Shown: in pieces, positions 56,966 through 63,422 of the stretch | Position numbering within the stretch: the first letter of the stretch is position 1 | Layout of the letters: each line of letters begins with the position of its first letter | From: an uncultured bacterium | Lineage (GTDB): Bacteria > Fermentibacterota > Fermentibacteria > Fermentibacterales > JCC-6 | Direction: 5' to 3' | DNA length: 63,422 nucleotides | Assembly: GCA_964571965.1 (NCBI GenBank) | Contig: CAZNFQ010000003.1 | Location: forward strand, 1-63,422 | Position numbers and translations under genes: made by a program | The notes under the pieces: generated by a model | What the model saw: only the letters and a program-made list of their open reading frames with translations | Told to the model about the DNA's origin: nothing | The model's database searches: none

Positions 56966-57865
56966 ATGAAATGTCTGGTAACAGGTGGAACCGGTTTCAT
57001 AGGTTCCAACCTTGCCCTTCACCTTCAGGAACTTGGCCACGAAGTAATCATCACCGGCAACGAATCAGAGCAGCCGCTGCCTGAATTCAAAGGCAAAAGG
57101 CTCTATCCGGGGCTCATCGGAATAGACTGGGGTCAGGTGAAGAACATAGACGTCCTCTTCCATCAGGCCGCCATCAACAACACAAGAATGATGGATCGCC
57201 GGGAGATGCTCCACGGTAACCTCGACGCGTCGGTAAAACTGTTCAGACACGTTGCAGAGGGTGGCTGCAGGAGAATAGTCTTCGCTTCCACAACGGCCGT
57301 TTATGGAAGGAACCCAGCTCCATACAGGGAGGAAGGTCCTTTCGATCTCAACACTCCCTATGCAGAATCGAAAATGCTCCTGGAAGAAGCCGCCGCCAAT
57401 GTCCAAAGAGACTTCCCCGGTCTGGTGACCGTTGGCCTCAGGTACTGCAACGTTTACGGCCCCAGGGAAAATCACAAGGGGTCCCGCTCCACAATGATAC
57501 ATCAGTTCGCCGGTCAGATGAAAAATGGAAATCCCCGGCTTTTCAAATTCGGGGAGCAGAAGCGTGACTATATCTACGTTAAGGATGTTGTTAAGGCAAA
57601 TCTCTGTGCTTCTGAAGCAGCAGCCAGCTGCGTGGTGAACTGCGGATCAGGTAAAGCCACCACTTTCAACAGGATAGTTGAAATCCTGGGCGAGGTCACT
57701 GGTAATGCCAGAGTGCCTGAATACATTGACAATCCCTTTCAGGGCAACTACCAGAACGATACCACCTGCGACATGTCCCTTGCTGAAAGGGCAATAGACT
57801 TCATTCCCTCCTTCACCATCGAGGAAGGAATAGAGGACTACTTCAGATCAGGCTGGCTGGTTTAG
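56966..57865 (+). CDS. NAD-dependent epimerase/dehydratase (ADP-heptose epimerase-like extended SDR)
   Basis: TGGTGFIGS, ASTTAVYG, YAESK, LRYCNVYGP, RDYIYVKD. Confidence 0.9.
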   Translation: MKCLVTGGTGFIGSNLALHLQELGHEVIITGNESEQPLPEFKGKRLYPGLIGIDWGQVKNIDVLFHQAAINNTRMMDRREMLHGNLDASVKLFRHVAEGGCRRIVFASTTAVYGRNPAPYREEGPFDLNTPYAESKMLLEEAAANVQRDFPGLVTVGLRYCNVYGPRENHKGSRSTMIHQFAGQMKNGNPRLFKFGEQKRDYIYVKDVVKANLCASEAAASCVVNCGSGKATTFNRIVEILGEVTGNARVPEYIDNPFQGNYQNDTTCDMSLAERAIDFIPSFTIEEGIEDYFRSGWLV

Positions 57866-57915
57866 CTCATACTTTTCCCTGAACCGGCCTGTCCATAGCT
57901 GCCCTGCACCAGTTT

Positions 57916-59352
57916 TCAGAGTCCGCTAGCAAACTGGGAAGGTACGGGCGGCAGCTGTGATCCATGGCCGGGATGATACCATCCGGTGAGTTCATAAAAG
58001 GATCGTATTTCAGAGACCTCAAGTGGCTCTCCCCTTCTGGCCTGTCCGAGACAACCAAGCAGATCAAGGAATTTCACCTCCTTTCCGGGCATTCCGGCGT
58101 ACATGTCCATATCGTCCACATCCCAGGCATATCTGTTAGCAAACAATGGCAGGAATTCGAGATACCCAGCCTGTTCAGCAAGATCAAGGTTCAGCTCCAT
58201 GGACGAACGCGCGCGCTCCACCACACCAAGGGCTGTAATCTGTTCATCTGAAAGCTCTATCTCTCTGTCAAGTTCCGGGATTTCGAACTGCTCAACAGGC
58301 AGGCCGTTGGGTGGCCTTTGCCCGTTCATGATAAATGGAACAGCCTCCAGAATACGCAGCATCAGAATGGAGTCAAAACGGGAATTCCAGATAAGATAGT
58401 TGCTCAAACAATTGAATGTGCTGTAAAGAAGCTCCTCTTCATTCCAGGCAACAGCATCGTACAGATCCCCGGTGACAATCCTGTTTTCCCAGAAGTTTAC
58501 CCGCTGCTCGGTATTCACAGTGAATCTGAGATTCTCTTCAGGGTTCAGGTCGGTGTAATGCCAGGTGACTTCTCTACCCTCGATAACAGGACAGCCGGTC
58601 CAATCCCAGTAAACTGCCAGGGTATCGCTCAGGCAGGGTTCAGGAAGATCCTCAGGCAAAGTAAGGGTTATAACCGCATCTCCTATGGGGCCGTGCCATG
58701 TATCGCCGGTGGTAAGGATGTAATTGACCGTAAATGCTCCCCATGGGCCGCCGCCGTAGTAGTCCCAGGAAGTGTTGTAGGTGTTTTCGAGAACAACGGT
58801 TTCACCGGGTTCGAACCTCATCTTCCACACAGCAACTATCGGTTGCCATATCAGCTGCTCTTCCAGGGAACGGGCACATGTTCTGTAGTAAACCGGCACT
58901 TCAGTTCCGTTCACGAAGGTTCTGAAGTCAAGGTCGTCAGGAATACGCTCTGAAGCATCTATCCCGGTGCCTGTGTTCCCCTGCCACCAGGGGAGTCCGT
59001 CTTCTTCCGCCCATGCCGAATCCAGCACTGTCACGAGCATGGAATCGGGAAACACAGTGTATGAATCTCCGAATTTCGCATCAAGTGGAAATCCAACAGA
59101 GATATACTGCTCTTCGCTGGAGACGTTTACAAGCTGGAAGACACATCTCACCTGCATCATAGGAAGCCACCCGGAATGATCAAAGTACTGAAACATCCCT
59201 TCGGAGGGCACAATGGAAACGCTTTCCGCAACCATGGATACATCTCCGCTGGATGTCATTGCAGCGGTTCTTCCGTCAGGGAACTCGAACATCACCGCGG
59301 AATCGGCAAAACAAACGGCACCTGCTGAAAGAAGAACCATATACCTGAACAT
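57916..59352 (-). CDS. Secreted DUF4424-like protein
   Basis: Signal peptide; VSMVAESVSI, FQLVN, VGFP, YILTTGDTWHGPIG. Start moved to ATG 59352 behind GGGAGG. Confidence 0.72.
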   Translation of the reverse strand: MFRYMVLLSAGAVCFADSAVMFEFPDGRTAAMTSSGDVSMVAESVSIVPSEGMFQYFDHSGWLPMMQVRCVFQLVNVSSEEQYISVGFPLDAKFGDSYTVFPDSMLVTVLDSAWAEEDGLPWWQGNTGTGIDASERIPDDLDFRTFVNGTEVPVYYRTCARSLEEQLIWQPIVAVWKMRFEPGETVVLENTYNTSWDYYGGGPWGAFTVNYILTTGDTWHGPIGDAVITLTLPEDLPEPCLSDTLAVYWDWTGCPVIEGREVTWHYTDLNPEENLRFTVNTEQRVNFWENRIVTGDLYDAVAWNEEELLYSTFNCLSNYLIWNSRFDSILMLRILEAVPFIMNGQRPPNGLPVEQFEIPELDREIELSDEQITALGVVERARSSMELNLDLAEQAGYLEFLPLFANRYAWDVDDMDMYAGMPGKEVKFLDLLGCLGQARRGEPLEVSEIRSFYELTGWYHPGHGSQLPPVPSQFASGL

Positions 59353-59445
59353 GCAACAAACCTCCCGGTGCAACATACTGCAAGCAGGGTCCCGCAAAAA
59401 GTATCCCGCCGGTCATTTACGATGTACCTCAAGAACATTCTTATG

Positions 59446-59457
59446 TATAATCAACGC
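59446..59457 (+). promoter_or_regulatory. Consensus -10 box of a probable leaderless tspO transcript
   Basis: TATAAT (59446-59451), 6 nt, ATG 59458; no Shine-Dalgarno. Confidence 0.55.
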
Positions 59458-59910
59458 ATGAAAATTTGGATTGCCCTTGCGCTGTGGATACTGGTTTCCA
59501 TGTCAGCCGGCTTCATCGGTTCCAGATTCCCCCCCGGTGAATGGTATGAAGGTATTAACAAGCCCTCCTGGAACCCTCCCGGATGGATTTTCGGCCCTGT
59601 GTGGACACTGCTTTATATCCTCATGGGTATAGCAGCCTGGATGGTGTGGAAAGAGCGGGGTTTCTCGATACCAGTCTACATATTCCTGGGACAGCTGGTT
59701 TTGAATACTCTCTGGTCGTACCTGTTCTTCGGGCTGAACAGGCCTGATCTGGCCTTCTTTGAAATAGCGGTACTATGGATCCTCATTCTATGCACGATGA
59801 TCCTTTTCTGGAAGGTCAGAACCACCGCCGGGGTTCTCTTCATCCCTTATCTTCTCTGGGTCAGTTTTGCTTCCGTTCTCAACTACACGCTCTGGAGACT
59901 CAATTCCTGA
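59458..59910 (+). CDS. tspO: TspO/MBR family tryptophan-rich sensory protein
   Basis: WYEGINKPSWNPPGWIFGPVWTLLY, LNTLWSYLFF, PYLLWVSFASVLN. Confidence 0.95.
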   Translation: MKIWIALALWILVSMSAGFIGSRFPPGEWYEGINKPSWNPPGWIFGPVWTLLYILMGIAAWMVWKERGFSIPVYIFLGQLVLNTLWSYLFFGLNRPDLAFFEIAVLWILILCTMILFWKVRTTAGVLFIPYLLWVSFASVLNYTLWRLNS

Positions 59911-59947
59911 GCGTCAGGCGGGTTTTACTCAGAGCTGCCTGAAACGG

Positions 59948-61081
59948 TCAGATCTCAATTTTATCGCCCCACCCGTTTTCTATTGCGAAGTCCATGCATT
60001 TCCGGAAGATTCTTCCATTGAATTCGGGACAATCTATCCCCGCCGGCCTGAGGACTTCCGCTGACCTGGAATCATCAAAAACCCTTGTGTCGCAGAAATA
60101 CGGGTAGTAAACATCCATGTAACGGTTTACAAGGGCCTGAAGAGCACCGTCTGAGGGAATTCCGTTGGAGATACCAATACCGCTTATCAAATAATGCTCC
60201 ATAAGATATCCGGTAATTCCCTCAACCGTACAGGAACGAGGGTTAACCAGATGAAAAATACCAGTTGCGCCGCTTTCCATGATGATGATTACAGAATCCA
60301 CCAGATAATCAACAGGAATGAGATTCAGCCATCCCTCACCGGGAAGGGATACCGGAAGCCTCAGTTTGCCATCGGACCCTAGAGAAGCACCAAGAACAGA
60401 TGCTCTTTTCCCGCCGCGTTCCAGTATGTCACGCCTCAGGGAGTCTCTCAGAAAAAGGAATGTCCTCACAGGATAATACAAGGCATTGAATCTGAGACTT
60501 GCACCGGTTACGCTGTGCCCGTAGGTAATTGACGGTCTGAAAATGGTAAGGTCGGTTCCCCTGCTGCTGCAGAGTTCCGTTATCACCTTTTCTGCATGAT
60601 TCTTCGATTGCTCATAGGGGTTGTTGAACTCCGACGGGAACTGAAGCTCCTCAGTAATTCTGCCCTGCTGAATTCCCGAAGCATAAGCCGTACTCATATG
60701 GAAAAAACGGTCACAACCGGGAAGGGCACGGAAAACGTTCTCGAGTCCTTCGATATTCGTTGCGTGCACCACCTTGCCAAGTCTCTGGGCAAATGAGGTA
60801 TCCGCGGCGCAGTGAACCACAACGGGGATATCCTCTATGAGTTTCCTCTGCGCTGAGGACAGCCCAAGATCAGGTTTCAGTATGTCCACTGGAAGCACCA
60901 GGGGTTCCACACGGGGAGATAGTTCCATGAAGCGGAACAGATTGTCCACACGGCTCTTCGGGGAAACATTCCCCCGGGGACGAACGCCCAGAACGGTTTT
61001 CACTCCTCTGCGAACCAGTTCCGCTGTTAGGAAACCTCCCAGGAATCCCGCTGCTCCGGTTATGAATACCGGTTCATCCAT
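59948..61081 (-). CDS. Extended SDR oxidoreductase (NAD_binding_4/thioester-reductase-like)
   Basis: ITGAAGFLG, VVHCAA, HMSTAY, YEQSK, FRPSI. Start moved to ATG 61081 (TGATG overlap). Confidence 0.88.
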   Translation of the reverse strand: MDEPVFITGAAGFLGGFLTAELVRRGVKTVLGVRPRGNVSPKSRVDNLFRFMELSPRVEPLVLPVDILKPDLGLSSAQRKLIEDIPVVVHCAADTSFAQRLGKVVHATNIEGLENVFRALPGCDRFFHMSTAYASGIQQGRITEELQFPSEFNNPYEQSKNHAEKVITELCSSRGTDLTIFRPSITYGHSVTGASLRFNALYYPVRTFLFLRDSLRRDILERGGKRASVLGASLGSDGKLRLPVSLPGEGWLNLIPVDYLVDSVIIIMESGATGIFHLVNPRSCTVEGITGYLMEHYLISGIGISNGIPSDGALQALVNRYMDVYYPYFCDTRVFDDSRSAEVLRPAGIDCPEFNGRIFRKCMDFAIENGWGDKIEI

Positions 61082-62928
61082 CAGCTGAGCCTTGCGCCGT
61101 GGTAAAGAAATGATTCCTTTCTGGAAAAACCCTGATTGAAAAGGTACCTTATCCACAACACCCTTGGATCTTTCCGGGAAAATTCCTCGATCATCTCTCC
61201 TGCCATTACCATGGCCCTTTGCATTGCCGCCTTTTCCTCAGGGTCCGTATGATCCAGGTACATGTCCCATTCGAGAACCGCCATGGCTCCCCTGTCCAGA
61301 GGAGTGAGGAAACCGAAGTCCCCCCTCACTCCGCAAACTTCTGTCACATTGGTAAAACCCTGATTTATCCGTTCTATCTGCGGCAGATCATCGAGGGGCA
61401 CATAAAGTATGAATGCAACCACATGACCTTCTCTACCCATTCTTGAACTGACGCTGCGGAAGGTATTCAAGAAAAGCATGTCAGTGAGGTCGTGTCTGGT
61501 GTACATGCTCGTGTAGAAATCCTTCAGATCTCCGTCAACGGCGGATACAAGGTTCTTCACCGAGGGATCCAAAACTGCCTGAACAAGAACTTCCATACCG
61601 GGTTCAGAGAGTATCTCATAGGGCCTTTTTCTGCCTTCGAGCCCTCGCAGTATCTCATGGGTCTCTCCCTCTGCAAGGGCGGTCATACCGAGGATAAAGG
61701 CAGTCATGAGTTCCTGGTCGAAAACGCAGGGTGCAAGCTCTTTCGCCGCTTCCAGGTGATGACCGTTACCCAGAACCACCACCAGGTATTCTATTCCCAT
61801 ATCATCCCTGAACACTCCACGCATGGAACAGGCCAGTTCAGCCGTTGGTGCGGTAAATGTGCTGAGGTATTCACCTCCAAGGACTCCGATACCCATGCCT
61901 ATTCCTCTTCTGTTGAGCATGGCGGCATATGACACCGCAGAACCCATGTCCGGGAACGGCACGGCAATGGCGGATTCATCTTCTTCCACCGGGTAAAGCC
62001 TGACAACGGCCTCTGTGCAGATCCCCGGTCTTTGGAGCTCTTCCCTGGTAAAGGCAAAGAGATTGGGGGAATCTCTTCGGGACAGGGTGAAAACTTTCCC
62101 TTCGGGATCAACGAACCTGGCGTCTATGATGTTATCTGCACCGGTTCCCATGGAACTGGAAAAAAGCGAGAAAATACCGGAGCACATGATGTTCGCGCAG
62201 TACAGAGCGGATGGTTCTGCCGCATTCACCCTGTATCCCCGGGATACGGATTCCTTCTGCAGCTCGAAGGCACTGATCCCTGCCCCAACGGTGACTGCCC
62301 TGTTTTTCAGATCAAAATCCATTCTGCGCATTCTTACGGTGTCGATCACCACCCCTGGACTGAAGACGAAACCCATAACTGAGGAGCCGTTTCCCCGAAC
62401 CGAGTAATCAAGATCGTTCTCTCTGCAAATTCCGACAATTTCCGAGACCTGGGCCGTGTCCTCTGGAAGAACCGCATACCTCGGAACGGTTTCCATGGAA
62501 ACAGGGCATGGGTCATCGGCATAAGCATAAAGCAGAGAGGGATCATTCGTTGCATATCTCTCCCCGGTAACTTCCCTGAACTTTCTCAAAACATCGTCTT
62601 CGGCAATTTCACTCACTTCCAATGCATTACCGAGATAATCCTTCAACTCCCTGAACACTGAAAGGGGCCTGAGACCTGTTACGAAGTGGCACTGTCCCTC
62701 ACAGAGACCGCAGAGGGAACACTCCGCAACCGCATGGATCAAGCCGGGAGTGACGCTGATCTTCCCGGAGAAAAGGGCCGAAGCCATATCCATAAGACCC
62801 TGGGGCCAGTAGGATACGAAGTGGTTACGCCGGCCTGAAGGACAAAGACCGTTACCTGTAAAATCGATCTTGCACATGGCGTAATGCCTGCACTGCGAGG
62901 CGGTTTCAGCTGCTTCTCTCAATGTCAT
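61081..62928 (-). CDS. FAD-binding (VAO/PCMH-type) oxidoreductase with N-terminal Fe-S domain
   Basis: CRHYAMC...CPSG and CSLCGLCEGQC Cys motifs; LYAYADD, PRYAVLPED, VRGNGSS, VTVGAGI FAD_binding_4 pattern. Confidence 0.82.
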   Translation of the reverse strand: MTLREAAETASQCRHYAMCKIDFTGNGLCPSGRRNHFVSYWPQGLMDMASALFSGKISVTPGLIHAVAECSLCGLCEGQCHFVTGLRPLSVFRELKDYLGNALEVSEIAEDDVLRKFREVTGERYATNDPSLLYAYADDPCPVSMETVPRYAVLPEDTAQVSEIVGICRENDLDYSVRGNGSSVMGFVFSPGVVIDTVRMRRMDFDLKNRAVTVGAGISAFELQKESVSRGYRVNAAEPSALYCANIMCSGIFSLFSSSMGTGADNIIDARFVDPEGKVFTLSRRDSPNLFAFTREELQRPGICTEAVVRLYPVEEDESAIAVPFPDMGSAVSYAAMLNRRGIGMGIGVLGGEYLSTFTAPTAELACSMRGVFRDDMGIEYLVVVLGNGHHLEAAKELAPCVFDQELMTAFILGMTALAEGETHEILRGLEGRKRPYEILSEPGMEVLVQAVLDPSVKNLVSAVDGDLKDFYTSMYTRHDLTDMLFLNTFRSVSSRMGREGHVVAFILYVPLDDLPQIERINQGFTNVTEVCGVRGDFGFLTPLDRGAMAVLEWDMYLDHTDPEEKAAMQRAMVMAGEMIEEFSRKDPRVLWIRYLFNQGFSRKESFLYHGARLS

Positions 62929-63422
62929 CTCCCCCAGTAATCTTTGGTTCTGTAACGGTCGAAGGTTCTGCGAAGCGCAGCGGGATAGGGCACGAAGTAA
63001 CTCTGGCTATCCAGATATTCCACACCGAAGCGGAGTATCCATGACTGGATCAGATTCAGAAGGGTTACCAGGGGTGTTCTGTCCTCTCTATACATCTCGA
63101 GGTTGTCCAGGAAGAAAACCCTTTCTTCAGGGGTGAGTTTCCCCGAGACATATCCGAAGGCGTGCTCCAGAACATTTACGTGTGATCTGTATGAAGGACC
63201 CTTTTCTAAGGCTTTCAGAAGGTGTTCCCGGTAAAGCGCCAGCGCCTTATCGATACCCGTCTCGCTCTGATGGGCAACGATCCTGCCCATCTCCCTCATC
63301 TCCTTCTGGTTATAAGCCATTAGAAGAAGCTTGTGTTTACTCTGGAAGGCAACAAGTTCCCGTGAACGGTGAATCTCCCTGAACTCCGCAAGCAGGAAAA
63401 GCTTGGTTAAAAAATGATCCCT
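62925..63422 (-). CDS. YbgA/DUF1722 domain protein (RudS-like), 5'-truncated by window edge
   Basis: Frame is open to 63422 (RDHFLTKLFLLAEFREIHRSRELVAFQSKHKLLLMAYN...); HVNVLEHAFGY, YLDSQSYFVPYP DUF1722 motifs. Confidence 0.88.
   Translation of the reverse strand, partial: RDHFLTKLFLLAEFREIHRSRELVAFQSKHKLLLMAYNQKEMREMGRIVAHQSETGIDKALALYREHLLKALEKGPSYRSHVNVLEHAFGYVSGKLTPEERVFFLDNLEMYREDRTPLVTLLNLIQSWILRFGVEYLDSQSYFVPYPAALRRTFDRYRTKDYWGR

Noticed and set aside
59948-62928. Fatty acyl reductase plus alkyl-DHAP synthase ether-lipid pair
   Set aside because: The FAD protein lacks the C-terminal HHH motif of AGPS and no acyltransferase is adjacent; not supportable from sequence.
1-63422. CRISPR arrays, tRNA/rRNA genes, IS elements or prophage
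   Set aside because: Intergenic gaps are short (mostly under 210 nt); I saw no regularly spaced direct repeats, T-loop GTTCRAnYC in intergenic DNA, transposase, integrase or phage structural genes. tRNAscan-SE and cmscan were not run.

Overview
A gene-dense bacterial chromosomal window with about 50 CDSs. I found no rRNA, tRNA, CRISPR array, integrase or transposase. Housekeeping and metabolic genes are nfo, a LonC-type protease, mscS, aroA, aroC, alr, fhs, pyk and tspO. They are interspersed with lineage-specific secreted proteins and lipoproteins, TPR-based signalling proteins (hybrid kinase; adenylate cyclase-STAND-TPR), glycosyltransferases and methyltransferases. One T9SS-type C-terminal domain, two TWGx(I/L)K C-terminal motifs and fermentative or sulfur-related genes suggest an anaerobic FCB-superphylum lineage such as Ca. 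Fermentibacterota. That assignment is inference and was not verified. The most striking locus is a tightly packed minus-strand operon at about 19.4-23.2 kb. It encodes a Zn-ribbon membrane protein, then a 516-aa signal-peptide/TM protein ending in CACACACAGCACACAGGGR, then a radical SAM enzyme with an N-terminal PqqD-like RRE and a complete SPASM domain, then a SAM methyltransferase. I see no small precursor-peptide gene, so the Cys-Ala tail of the membrane protein is the candidate substrate of an apparently uncharacterised RiPP-like protein modification system. Other points of interest are a compact PHP-degenerate DnaE2-like polymerase with an SOS-box-like palindrome on a leaderless promoter, an XRE-HTH/Zn-ribbon regulator with a candidate operator, a CoADR-rhodanese-TusA-DsrE fusion, and a DUF1722 (RudS-like)/Fe-S-FAD oxidoreductase/SDR operon. 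Several starts in the ORF track were shortened using RBS and overlap evidence.
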